Assembly (NCBI RefSeq): GCF_014202035.1
Contig: NZ_JACHFR010000003.1
Span: forward strand, 311,223-375,222
Origin: Treponema rectale
GTDB taxonomy: Bacteria; Spirochaetota; Spirochaetia; Treponematales; Treponemataceae
Direction: 5' to 3'
Length of the DNA stretch: 64,000 nucleotides
Each line of letters begins with the position of its first letter. The first letter of the stretch is position 1. Shown one piece after another: positions 34,678 through 44,062 of this stretch. Made by a program: the position numbers and the translations under genes. The notes beneath the pieces are model-generated. The model made no database searches. It worked only from the letters and a program-made list of their open reading frames with translations, and was not told the origin of the DNA.

Positions 34678-35334
34678 ATGGCAGACTTAAACAGCAAAGC
34701 AGTTTTCATCCGCGCAAGAAGCGATGAACACAAAGAAGAAAGACTTTCTCAAATAAAAGAGGCAACGGCAGAACTTTTTGCAAACTGTCCTTATTCTGAA
34801 ATTACCCTTACCACGATTGCAGAAAAACTGGGCTGGTCTCGCGCCAATCTCTATAAATACGTAACGACCAAAGAAGAAATCTTTCTGGAAATCTCTGCCG
34901 AAAAAATGGCGGCTTACTATGGCTCTCTGCTTTCGGCTTTTCCGGAAGGCAACAATTTTACGCCGGACGTGATTACCGAAGTATGGGCCGGAATCGTCAA
35001 CGCAAATCAGGATTATATGCGTTATGTTTCCTATCTTAATCCGGTGATAGAAACAAATGTAACGGTAGAACGTCTTGCTATTTTTAAAAAGAAATATTAT
35101 GACCTGGCCTATACCTTCCGCGACAGACTTGCACAGATGTTAGGTACATCTCAGGATACAGCTTACAAAATCCAGCTTGATGTATTATTTTATGCTTCAT
35201 CAAATGCTGTCTGCTGCTATAAGAATCCTCTTGTCCAGGAAGCTCTTAAGCAGATTAACATCACACCGCCGCCAATGGACTTTTACAAGAACATGAAGGA
35301 CTTTATTAAAATGCGGCTGGCGTGGAAAGAGTAA
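34678..35334 (+). CDS. TetR/AcrR-family transcriptional regulator
   Basis: N-terminal HTH ITLTTIAEKLGWSRANLYKYV; divergent from the hydrolase gene. Confidence 0.75.
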   Translation: MADLNSKAVFIRARSDEHKEERLSQIKEATAELFANCPYSEITLTTIAEKLGWSRANLYKYVTTKEEIFLEISAEKMAAYYGSLLSAFPEGNNFTPDVITEVWAGIVNANQDYMRYVSYLNPVIETNVTVERLAIFKKKYYDLAYTFRDRLAQMLGTSQDTAYKIQLDVLFYASSNAVCCYKNPLVQEALKQINITPPPMDFYKNMKDFIKMRLAWKE

Positions 35335-35438
35335 GAGCTGAAGAAGGAAACGCGATTATGCCAAAGAAAATTGTAGTAGTGAATGCAGGCCCAGAAAATG
35401 GGTAAAATCGCTTAAGAACTGCACGACACTTCTGCTTC

Positions 35439-35492
35439 ACTTGTACGGGTAAAATCTTTTCCGCCCTTATAGTCACAGCCGCTCCAATCCCT
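35439..35492. repeat. 54-bp direct repeat, copy 2 (orphan remnant of flavodoxin 3' end)
   Basis: Identical to 32237-32290. A short remnant MPKKIVVVNAGPENG-stop of a flavoprotein N-terminus lies just upstream at 35357-35404. Confidence 0.65.
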
Positions 35493-35650
35493 GGCCCGAA
35501 ATTCTGGTATATTATTTTCCATATAATTGTATAAATCTTTAAAGATTATTAAAATATTCTTATAATCTTTGGAGAGAGAACACGACAATGCTGCTTACGG
35601 CATTTTTCGGGCTTTATGTTTTTAAATATCAACAAAAAGGAGTTTTTCGT

Positions 35651-37450
35651 ATGAAAAAGTATGGAAAAATTACCGCACTCATTGCTGGTGTGGTACTGGC
35701 ACTCGGTTTTGCTTCCTGCAAGGCTGATACAGATGATGGCAGCACCTTTTACACTGTCACATTTAATTCAATGGGCGGCACAGAAGTTTCAAGTCAGAGC
35801 ATTGAAAGCGGAAATAAGGCCACAAAACCTGTCGATCCTACAAAAACGGAAACCGCAACGGAAGGATTTGTTTTTGCTGGCTGGTACACTTCCACAGACA
35901 GAGGAACAACTCTTTCAGAAACAGCATTTGATTTTAACACAGCGATTAAAGGAGACATTACGCTTTATGCTAAGTGGACAGTAAATGCAGTTACACACAC
36001 AGTGACTTTTGACACAAAAGGCGGAAGCACGTCTCCTGCGGAACAGACAATCGTCCACGGAAAAAAGGCCACAAAACCCGCTGACCCTACAAAAGCGGAA
36101 ACCGAAACGGAAGCATTTGTTTTTGCTGGCTGGTACACTTCCACAGACAGGGGAACAACTCTTTCTGATACCGCTTTTGATTTTGACACAGCGATTGAAG
36201 AAGACATTACGCTTTACGCAAAGTGGACAGAAAATGCAGTTACACACACAGTGACTTTTGACACAAAAGGCGGAAGCATGTCTCCTGCGGAACAGACAAT
36301 CGTCCACGGAAAAAAGGCCACAAAACCCGCTGACCCTACAAAGCAGGCTACAGAAACAGAAACTTATATCTTTGACAACTGGTACACTTCCACAGACGGA
36401 GGAGCAACCCTTTCAGAAACAGCATTTGATTTTGACACAGCGATTAGTGATAACATTACGCTTTATGCAAAGTGGACAGTAAATGTAGTTACACACACAG
36501 TGACTTTTGACACAAAAGGCGGAAGCACATCTCCTGCGGAACAGACAATCGTCCACGGAAATAAGGCCACAAAACCCGCCGATCCTGCAAAAACGGAAAC
36601 CGAAACGGAAGCATTTGTTTTTGCTGGCTGGTACACTTCCACAGACGGAGGAACAACTCTTTCTGATACCGCTTTTGATTTTGACACAGCGATTACTGAT
36701 AACATTAGCCTTTACGCCAAATGGAATGTATACACAATTGAGTATATTGAATTAAAAGATTGTTCTGCAATACGCACAATGTTTGAAACTCTGTGTGAAT
36801 TTAGTGGTAGTGTTTTTGATTACAAATTCAAAAAAACTATTACCAGCTTTGCAAAGGCAGATGCAAGGCCTGAAGCTGCAGAAAACTATATTGATGCGGC
36901 AGGAAATCAAATTCCTTTGTGGTATGATGAAGGAAAAACAACTCTCTATTATTACCTTGAGCCCGGAAAAAAAATGAGCCTCAGGACATCAGATGGTAAA
37001 AACTCCCTTTTCAAATATATGGTTGATGCTGTTTCCATAGAAACAGGTGATTTTGACACCAGCAATGTTACTGATATGAGTTCGATGTTCAGCAACTGCC
37101 GTGCATTGACATCACTGGATGTGAGCAAGTTTGACACCAGCAAGGTTACTGATATGAGCTATATGTTCAGCAACTGCCGTGCATTGACATCACTGGATGT
37201 GAGCAGCTTTGACACCAGCAAGGTTACTGATATGAGCGATATGTTCTTCAATTGCCAGGCATTGATAACAATCATTGCTTCTGAAAAGTTTGTTACAGAT
37301 AAAGTGACGGAATCTAGCGACATGTTTAAAAACTGCGCCAGTCTTAAGGGCGGTGCAGGAACAGTGTTTGACGAATATCATATTGACAAGAAATATGCCC
37401 GCATAGACGGCGGCACGAAAAAACCTGGCTACTTTACTAAAAAGCAATAA
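35651..37450 (+). CDS. Surface lipoprotein with four Listeria-Bacteroides-type repeats and C-terminal DUF285/BspA-like repeats
   Basis: Lipobox LGFASC. Four ~250-bp tandem DNA repeats. FDTSNVTDMSSMFSNCRALTSLDVSKFDTSKVTDMSYMF repeats. Confidence 0.75.
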   Translation: MKKYGKITALIAGVVLALGFASCKADTDDGSTFYTVTFNSMGGTEVSSQSIESGNKATKPVDPTKTETATEGFVFAGWYTSTDRGTTLSETAFDFNTAIKGDITLYAKWTVNAVTHTVTFDTKGGSTSPAEQTIVHGKKATKPADPTKAETETEAFVFAGWYTSTDRGTTLSDTAFDFDTAIEEDITLYAKWTENAVTHTVTFDTKGGSMSPAEQTIVHGKKATKPADPTKQATETETYIFDNWYTSTDGGATLSETAFDFDTAISDNITLYAKWTVNVVTHTVTFDTKGGSTSPAEQTIVHGNKATKPADPAKTETETEAFVFAGWYTSTDGGTTLSDTAFDFDTAITDNISLYAKWNVYTIEYIELKDCSAIRTMFETLCEFSGSVFDYKFKKTITSFAKADARPEAAENYIDAAGNQIPLWYDEGKTTLYYYLEPGKKMSLRTSDGKNSLFKYMVDAVSIETGDFDTSNVTDMSSMFSNCRALTSLDVSKFDTSKVTDMSYMFSNCRALTSLDVSSFDTSKVTDMSDMFFNCQALITIIASEKFVTDKVTESSDMFKNCASLKGGAGTVFDEYHIDKKYARIDGGTKKPGYFTKKQ

Positions 37451-37512
37451 GGCAGGAAATTGTAGGGGCAGCCCGTAAGGGCTCTCCGACCAGTTCCTGC
37501 CGCTTTTTTTTG
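37451..37512 (+). terminator. Rho-independent terminator
   Basis: GGCAGGAA...TTCCTGCC stem + TTTTTTTT. Confidence 0.65.
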
Positions 37513-37592
37513 TGCTTGTACTATTCTATTACAGATAAGAATCTGTTTTAGCTCGGCTTGCGTCGCTCCGTCAACTTTTCCCAATATCGCGC

Positions 37593-38069
37593 CTACGATT
37601 CATTCACCAGCTTACCGGTCATGTGCTCAATTTCAAGTTCAAGGCACTGAACGCGGGGGAGGGCGTTTGCCAGTTCCTTTTCAAGATAATCCTGGTCATC
37701 TGTGAATTTCTGAACCAGCTTTGTACAGATTTTGCGGGTAAGGTCTGGGTCAGTTACCAGACGAATTTTTCCAAAGACGATTACACTGTTGATGTTCAGT
37801 GCCCATTCGCCTTCCTTGCGGTAGCCCGAATCGTAAACGCAGAAACTTGCCTTGTCGTAGTTTTTGATGGCATCAATTTTGTGGCCTTCTTTTGCGCCGT
37901 GAAAATAAATCTTATTGTCTTCTTCGCTGTAGAAGTGGGAGAGAGGAAGTCCGTAAGGGTAGCCGTCATCACCGAGCAGAGAAAGAACTCCGCGTTTTTC
38001 ATTTTTCAAAATCTCTTTACATTCAGCGTCTGTAATCTGCTGCTTGAATCTTCTCATTGGTCGGAACAT
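37593..38069 (-). CDS. Pyridoxamine 5'-phosphate oxidase-family FMN-binding protein
   Basis: PNPOx-like split-barrel motifs (GVLSLLGDDGYPYGLPLSHFY). Confidence 0.7.
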   Translation of the reverse strand: MFRPMRRFKQQITDAECKEILKNEKRGVLSLLGDDGYPYGLPLSHFYSEEDNKIYFHGAKEGHKIDAIKNYDKASFCVYDSGYRKEGEWALNINSVIVFGKIRLVTDPDLTRKICTKLVQKFTDDQDYLEKELANALPRVQCLELEIEHMTGKLVNES

Positions 38070-38252
38070 ATATTTACTCCTATTTCTTATTTATAAAATA
38101 CAGCCCTGCAAGGCAGATTGCAACTCCTAAAACCTTGCTCCAGCTGATGCATATAGGGAATAGAAAAATACCAGGAGTTCAGTTTCCAGAATTTACAAAC
38201 AATTTACACATATTAACTGTAATATTTTAGTTCATAAAGTTATAGTAAAAAT

Positions 38253-40226
38253 ATGATAACTGTAATAAGCCAGATTTTAGGATTTATTGGTTCTCTCTGC
38301 CTGCTGCTTTTTGGAATGGAGATGCTTTCGAACGGTATTCAAAAGGGAGCTGGAAACAACTTGCAGTCTTTGCTTCATAAGATTTCCGGGAACAGATTTA
38401 CAGCTGTGTTAACAGGGCTTGCGGTTACAGCAATAATTCAGTCTTCCGGCGCAACTACTGTAATGGTTGTCAGTTTTGTAAATGCCGAGATTATAAGCCT
38501 TACACAGGCCATTGGAATTATTTTTGGTGCAAATATCGGAACGACAGTTACGGCCTGGATTGTTTCTTTTTTTGGCTTTTCTTTCAGTATTGAGGCAGCG
38601 GCAATTCCTTTATTTGGTTTTGGATTCATTCTTAAATATTTTAAAAAGTTTAAGATACATAATTTTGCTGACTGTTTCATGGGCTTTGCGCTTTTATTCA
38701 TGGCGCTGGGCCTTCTTAAAAACTCAATGAATTTAAAACCTGATTCCGTAAGCTTTTTACAGAAATTTCAGGATTTGAATTTTGCGGGTCTTCTGCTTGG
38801 AGTTTTAATCGGAACTGTTTTTACTGCCCTGATTCATTCTTCTTCTGCTACTACAGCGATAGTACTTACAATGTCTGCAAACGGTTCTCTTCCATGGGAG
38901 CTTGGAGCTGCTATGGTGTTAGGAAGCAACATCGGATCTACAGTGGATGCAGTTATGTCATCTTTGGGTGCAAGCGTTAATGCTAAACGTACTGCCGCTG
39001 TTCATGTGGCCTTTAATGTTACGGGAACTTTAATAGCCCTGCTTTTCTTCCAGCCATTCTTAAATCTGATTGATTTAATTGTTCCGGGCACTCCAATTCA
39101 GAATATTACAATTCATATTGCCATGCTTCATACTGTCTTTAATATTTTGGCTGCACTGCTCTTCCTGCCTTTTGTAAAACAGATTGCTTCTATAACAGAA
39201 AAAGTGATTCATGAAAGCCAGAAAGAAAAAGATGCTCATTATAAAATCCCTATCATCCTTCCAAAAAATCATGTCAGTAAGGACTTGTATACTTTTCAGG
39301 TTCAGAAAGAAATTACAAAAATGGCCGGCCGTGTAATGGACATGATGGGTTATCTGAATCAGGGGCTTAATCAACAAAGGGATATGGCTATTTTAATTGA
39401 CGAAATTAATGCTCAGGAAGAATATGTTGATGAAATGAATCATGAAATTTCCTGGTTCCTGCAGAAGTGTTCCCGACTTCCAACTGCAAATCATAGTGAC
39501 CGGAATAATTATTCCAGTATGATTTCTGTAATTCAGAATCTTGAAGATTTAAGTGATGAATGCTGTTCAATAATGCATTCACTTTGTAAGTTCAAAAAAA
39601 ATGCAGAGTCAGAATCTTTTAAAAATCATACAGAGGAACTTATTGAATATTTTAATCAGGTATATATTTTTTATGAACAGACCTGTACTTATATAGCGCT
39701 TGGTCTTTCTGAAATTGATAAAGTACTTTTATCTGATGTGGAAGATAGAATCGACAGTACAAAGCGGGAACTTAAGAAAGCAAGTCGTAAGCGAATTGAA
39801 AACGGCAGTAATGTAAAAGCTGAACTTAATTACATGGATTTAGTCCGCAAAATTGAAAAAGCCGGAGACTGCATTTTTGGAGTAATTCAGGCTATTCAGC
39901 CTAATGTTGAAGACTCTGTTCTGGCAGATGGTTCTGAAAAAAATCTTATTAGCGCGCAGAATGTAATTATCAATACAAAAAGCAGAAAGGCTTTTGTATC
40001 AGGAAAAGAGGTTCTGCTTGCAGTAAAAGAATATGAACTGCTCGCTCTTCTTATGAAAAATAAAGGACAGGTTCTTACCCGTAAGCAGCTTTTGGAATCT
40101 GTATGGAATTATGATAAAGAAATAGAAAGCCGTACTCTGGATGTACATATCGGACTTTTGCGCCAGAAATTAAATAATCAGAAGTTGATTGAGACAGTAC
40201 GTGGAGTGGGGTATAGAATCTCTTAG
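38253..40226 (+). CDS. Fusion protein: Na/Pi-cotransporter-like membrane domain (NptA/YjbB type) + PhoU-like region + C-terminal OmpR/PhoB-type winged-helix DNA-binding domain
   Basis: Duplicated IQSSGATT / IHSSSATT Na_Pi_cotrans motifs. C-terminal TRKQLLESVWNYDKEIESRTLDVHIGLLRQKL...ETVRGVGYRIS matches trans_reg_C. Confidence 0.7.
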   Translation: MITVISQILGFIGSLCLLLFGMEMLSNGIQKGAGNNLQSLLHKISGNRFTAVLTGLAVTAIIQSSGATTVMVVSFVNAEIISLTQAIGIIFGANIGTTVTAWIVSFFGFSFSIEAAAIPLFGFGFILKYFKKFKIHNFADCFMGFALLFMALGLLKNSMNLKPDSVSFLQKFQDLNFAGLLLGVLIGTVFTALIHSSSATTAIVLTMSANGSLPWELGAAMVLGSNIGSTVDAVMSSLGASVNAKRTAAVHVAFNVTGTLIALLFFQPFLNLIDLIVPGTPIQNITIHIAMLHTVFNILAALLFLPFVKQIASITEKVIHESQKEKDAHYKIPIILPKNHVSKDLYTFQVQKEITKMAGRVMDMMGYLNQGLNQQRDMAILIDEINAQEEYVDEMNHEISWFLQKCSRLPTANHSDRNNYSSMISVIQNLEDLSDECCSIMHSLCKFKKNAESESFKNHTEELIEYFNQVYIFYEQTCTYIALGLSEIDKVLLSDVEDRIDSTKRELKKASRKRIENGSNVKAELNYMDLVRKIEKAGDCIFGVIQAIQPNVEDSVLADGSEKNLISAQNVIINTKSRKAFVSGKEVLLAVKEYELLALLMKNKGQVLTRKQLLESVWNYDKEIESRTLDVHIGLLRQKLNNQKLIETVRGVGYRIS

Positions 40227-40269
40227 ACGGTAATTATATTTACTTTCTATTGATATAATATAATCCAGC

Positions 40270-40745
40270 ATGTCAGATTGTGATACATCAGAGAAAAAGA
40301 AATTGCGAGAGACGCAGCAATTTCCCCTGATGCCTGACCGCCCCTGCAGTCAGGAGTTTGATAATGCAGTAAATTTTTTTACATGTGTTACTCTTGACAC
40401 ATCAGGGAAAAAGAAATTGCGAGAGACGCAGCAATTTCCCCTGATGCCTGACTGCCCCTGCAGTCAGGAGACCGGATAATCATAAGAATCTTTTTTTATA
40501 TATGTTTCTCTTGACACATCAGGGAAAAAGAAATTGCGAGAAACGCAGCAATTTCCCCTGATGCCTGACTGCCCCTGCAGTCAGGAGTTTGATAATAAAG
40601 TAAATTTTTTTATATGTTACTATTGACACATCAGGGAAAAAGAAATTGCGAGAGACGCAGCAATTTCCCCTGATGCCTGACTGCCCCCGCAGTCAGGTGT
40701 TTGAAAATATAGTAAAACTTTTTTATGTGTTACTATTGACAGTAA
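40270..40745. repeat. Tandem array, ~117-bp unit x 4 copies plus a partial fifth, each with two strong hairpins
   Basis: TTGACACATCAGGGAAAAAGAAATTGCGAGAGACGCAGCAATTTCCCCTGATGCCTGACTGCCCCTGCAGTCAGGAG plus a ~40-bp variable tail. Unit starts at ~40277, 40394, 40511 and 40623. Confidence 0.8.
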
Positions 40746-40763
40746 CACATTTCTCTCTTATAC
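40735..40763 (+). promoter_or_regulatory. Candidate sigma70 promoter TTGACA-N17-TATACT in the final partial repeat unit, upstream of trpGD
   Basis: TTGACAgtaacacatttctctctTATACT lies ~60 bp upstream of the trpGD ATG. TGTTACTATTGACAGTAACA is a perfect palindrome overlapping the -35. Confidence 0.4.
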
Positions 40764-40824
40764 TGTTTCTATAAAAAGAAACAATACCTGGCGAAATTTC
40801 CGCCTGTGGTTATGGAGGAATAAT

Positions 40825-42447
40825 ATGATTGCATTTATCGACAATAAGGATAGTTTCAGTTTTAATATCGTTCAGTCTCTTGAGCGCGTTTCCGGAGATA
40901 AAGTTATGGTTTTCCGTTCAGAAGAAGCCAGCGTCGAAGAAATTGCAGCGGCATCTCCAACTCATATTGTTGTAGGACCTGGTCCCGGTACTCCGGCAGA
41001 AGCAGGAATTTCTATTGAAGCAATCAGATATTTTGCAGGTAAAGTACCACTGCTTGGAATCTGTCTTGGACATCAGGCAATAGGTGCAGCCTTTGGTGCA
41101 GAAATTGTCGGCGCCAAATACATTCGTCATGGAATCGTAGAAGAAATAAAAACTGACGGCCGCGGTATTTTCAGAATAATCGGATTAAAAGGAAACTTTA
41201 CCCGATATCATTCCCTTGTAATTGACGAAAAAACTTTGCCATCAGATTTTGAAGTTACGGCAAGAGCAAAAGACGGAGACATAATGGGGATTCGCCATAA
41301 GTCCTTTGTTCTTGAAGGAATTCAGTTTCATCCGGAAAGTATTGCCAGTGAAAAAGGTGATGCTCTCTTTAAAGCCTTTCTTAATTACAGCAGGGAAAAT
41401 ATTTCTCATGTACTTATTTTGAATCAGCTTATTGATCAGAAAAAGCCTTTGTCCCGTGAACAGACTTCAAGTTTTATTGGTGAACTTACAGACGGAACTA
41501 TGGACGAAAAAATAGCTTCTTCCATACTTACGGCAATGGCAGCCAGAGGACTTCCGACTGCAGATGAAATGGGTGGTGCTGCACAGGTAATGTTAAAAAA
41601 GAAAAAGGTCTTTCCTCTTGAAAATCACGGGCTTGCAGAAATTGTAGGTACTGGTGGAGACGGAAAAGGCAGTTTTAATATTTCATCAATGTCTGCACTT
41701 GTTGCTTCAAGCTGCGGTCAGGTTATGGCTAAACACGGTAACCGGGCTGTTTCTTCTAAGTCAGGAGCTGCGGATTTTTTTGAAGCTCTTGGAATCAACA
41801 TCATGGCAGCACCTGAAAAAACTGCAGAACTTGTAAAGAAAACAGGATTCGGATTTTTAATGGCACCGGTTTATCATTCAGCCATGCGCTTTGCTGCACC
41901 TATAAGAAAGGCACTTGGAATAAAAACAATTTTTAACGTGCTCGGTCCTCTTTTAAATCCGGCAAATGCTGAATATGAAGTTCTCGGAGTTTATTCAAAA
42001 GAACTGCTGAAAGATTATGCCCGTGCCGCAAAGTCTCTTGGAGCAAAGAGGGTAATGGTCGTAAACTCTGATGACGGTTATGATGAGATTTCTCCATGTG
42101 CATTGACCCGTGTCTTCCAGATTGATGAAAATGGAAATGAAAACCAGTACATAATTGATCCTGCAAATTTTGGAATTACTGATGCAGATGAAAACGAACT
42201 GTACGGCGGAAACGGAAGCGACAATGCAGCTCTTGCAATGGAAATATTACAGGGAAAAGGCCGCAGGACAATCCGTTATGCTGTAGGCCTTAATGCGGGA
42301 GCCGTTCTGTATCTTTGTGGAAAAGCCCGGACCTTAAAAGACGGATACGCAATGGCTCTGGATGCAATTGATTCCGGAAAGACTCTGGCAAAACTTGAAG
42401 AGATTCAGAAAGTAAGTCACGAACTGAATGGAGAGGATGTCGCTTAA
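40825..42447 (+). CDS. trpGD: Bifunctional anthranilate synthase component II (glutamine amidotransferase) / anthranilate phosphoribosyltransferase
   Basis: GATase class I (GICLGHQ, catalytic triad) followed by a TrpD domain (GTGGDG). Confidence 0.9.
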   Translation: MIAFIDNKDSFSFNIVQSLERVSGDKVMVFRSEEASVEEIAAASPTHIVVGPGPGTPAEAGISIEAIRYFAGKVPLLGICLGHQAIGAAFGAEIVGAKYIRHGIVEEIKTDGRGIFRIIGLKGNFTRYHSLVIDEKTLPSDFEVTARAKDGDIMGIRHKSFVLEGIQFHPESIASEKGDALFKAFLNYSRENISHVLILNQLIDQKKPLSREQTSSFIGELTDGTMDEKIASSILTAMAARGLPTADEMGGAAQVMLKKKKVFPLENHGLAEIVGTGGDGKGSFNISSMSALVASSCGQVMAKHGNRAVSSKSGAADFFEALGINIMAAPEKTAELVKKTGFGFLMAPVYHSAMRFAAPIRKALGIKTIFNVLGPLLNPANAEYEVLGVYSKELLKDYARAAKSLGAKRVMVVNSDDGYDEISPCALTRVFQIDENGNENQYIIDPANFGITDADENELYGGNGSDNAALAMEILQGKGRRTIRYAVGLNAGAVLYLCGKARTLKDGYAMALDAIDSGKTLAKLEEIQKVSHELNGEDVA

Positions 42448-42460
42448 ACGGGGATGGGAC

Positions 42461-43987
42461 ATGTCTGATATTCTTTCTAAAATTGTTGAGTTGCGAAGGG
42501 AAAACATAAAGCAGAACGGTTTTACTATGGGCGTAGATATTCCTTCAGAAAGACTGCGCCCTGTTCATCCTTTTTTACAGGATAAGGGAGTTATACTTGA
42601 GGTAAAGCGGGCTTCACCTTCTAAAGGAGATATTGCACCAGAACTTGATTCCTATAACACAGCTCTGTCTTATGCTGAATCAGGAGCCGGAGCAATAAGC
42701 TGTCTGACAGAGAAGAATTTTTTTAAGGGAGACCTCAGCGACTTGATGAAAGTTTGTGCTGCTGTGGATGAATATGAAAGGCAAACCGGTAAAACAGGTC
42801 CTGCTGTTTTGCGCAAGGATTTTTTAATCACCGAAGAAGACATTGATGTTGCCTGGAGGGCCGGCGCTGATGCAGTACTTCTTATCTGCAGAATTCTTTC
42901 AAAAGAGAAAATTGTTTCCATGGCAAGACGTGCAGCTTCCTGTGGAATGACTTCGCTGGTGGAAGTCCGTCTTGAGGAGGATGTAGAAAAACTTAAGCTG
43001 GTATGCGGCAGTGTTGATCCTTCTTATATTGTGTGCGGAGTTAACAGCCGGGATCTTTCTGATTTTACCATAGATTTGCTGAAACCCTGTTTCATGCTGG
43101 AAAAGATAAAAAAAGTTTTGGGACAAAATGCCCGGGTAATTTTTGAAAGCGGGATCCGTACTCCCGAAAGTGCTGCTTTTGTTTCTTCCCTTGGCTTTAA
43201 GGGACTTCTTCTTGGAGAAGCTGCGGCAAAAAATCCGTCTATACGAAAAGAACTTGTCCAGTCTTTTAAGACGTCTCTTTCTGATGCTGATGCACGTTTC
43301 TGGCTTAATTATTCTTCTTCATTCGAAGAAAGGGCAGCAAAGAAACTTCCGCTGGTAAAAATATGCGGACTTACAAATTCTAATGATGCTCAAATGGCAG
43401 TAAAAAACGGAGCTGATTTTTTAGGATTCATTTTTTATGATAAAAGTCCCCGGCATGTAAACTCTGACGAAGCAGAAAAACTTCTTGATGAATTAAAAGA
43501 AGTAAAAGCTGTTAAAGCAGGCGTTATAGTTAATCCTGATGATAAGGAAGCGCGGGTTGCCATTGATTTGTGCAGAAGGGGTAAACTTGATGTGCTTCAG
43601 CTTCATACGTTTGAATGTGCAGAGAAATTTATTTCGGATAAAAATTTAAGAGTGCTTCCTCATTATGCAGCTATAAACATTTCTTCACAGGAAGATGTAA
43701 AGAAACTGGACTTTCTTTTTGATATGGGAGAGCCGAGAGTGCTTGCAGATGCTGCTGTAAAGGGAACTGCAGTCGGCGGAACAGGAAACTGTATTGATGA
43801 AAATTTAGTTAAGGCTGTTCAGAAAAAGTATCCTTTATGGATTGCAGGCGGTCTTACTCCCGATAATGTCAGGTCTGTCGTTTCTAGTTTCAATCCTGAG
43901 CTGATTGACTGTGCAGGGGGAGTTGAAGAAGTTCCCGGTAAAAAAAGTTCAATTAAACTCGAAAGTTTTTTTTCTGAATTGAAATAA
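42461..43987 (+). CDS. trpCF: Bifunctional indole-3-glycerol-phosphate synthase / phosphoribosylanthranilate isomerase
   Basis: TrpC N-terminal half (ILEVKRASPSKG), TrpF C-terminal half (VKICGLT). ORF open from 42428. Confidence 0.9.
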   Translation: MSDILSKIVELRRENIKQNGFTMGVDIPSERLRPVHPFLQDKGVILEVKRASPSKGDIAPELDSYNTALSYAESGAGAISCLTEKNFFKGDLSDLMKVCAAVDEYERQTGKTGPAVLRKDFLITEEDIDVAWRAGADAVLLICRILSKEKIVSMARRAASCGMTSLVEVRLEEDVEKLKLVCGSVDPSYIVCGVNSRDLSDFTIDLLKPCFMLEKIKKVLGQNARVIFESGIRTPESAAFVSSLGFKGLLLGEAAAKNPSIRKELVQSFKTSLSDADARFWLNYSSSFEERAAKKLPLVKICGLTNSNDAQMAVKNGADFLGFIFYDKSPRHVNSDEAEKLLDELKEVKAVKAGVIVNPDDKEARVAIDLCRRGKLDVLQLHTFECAEKFISDKNLRVLPHYAAINISSQEDVKKLDFLFDMGEPRVLADAAVKGTAVGGTGNCIDENLVKAVQKKYPLWIAGGLTPDNVRSVVSSFNPELIDCAGGVEEVPGKKSSIKLESFFSELK

Positions 43988-44046
43988 AAAATAAGGTGTA
44001 CATCAAATATTTTTTTTAGAATTTGATGTACACCTTATTTTTTTTA
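43986..44046. terminator. Bidirectional rho-independent terminator between convergent genes
   Basis: AAGGTGTACATCAAAT...ATTTGATGTACACCTT perfect 16-bp stem flanked by A- and T-runs. Confidence 0.75.
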
Positions 44047-44062
44047 TTACTGTCTTTTAATT

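Noticed and set aside
40270-40479. 69-aa ORF with an internally repeated sequence
   Set aside because: It is a translation of two units of the 117-bp tandem array and has no RBS.
40394-40640. Each TTGACA in the array units as an independent promoter
   Set aside because: In units 1-4 the hexamer 17 bp downstream is TTGCGA, not a -10 box. Only the terminal partial unit has TTGACA-N17-TATACT.
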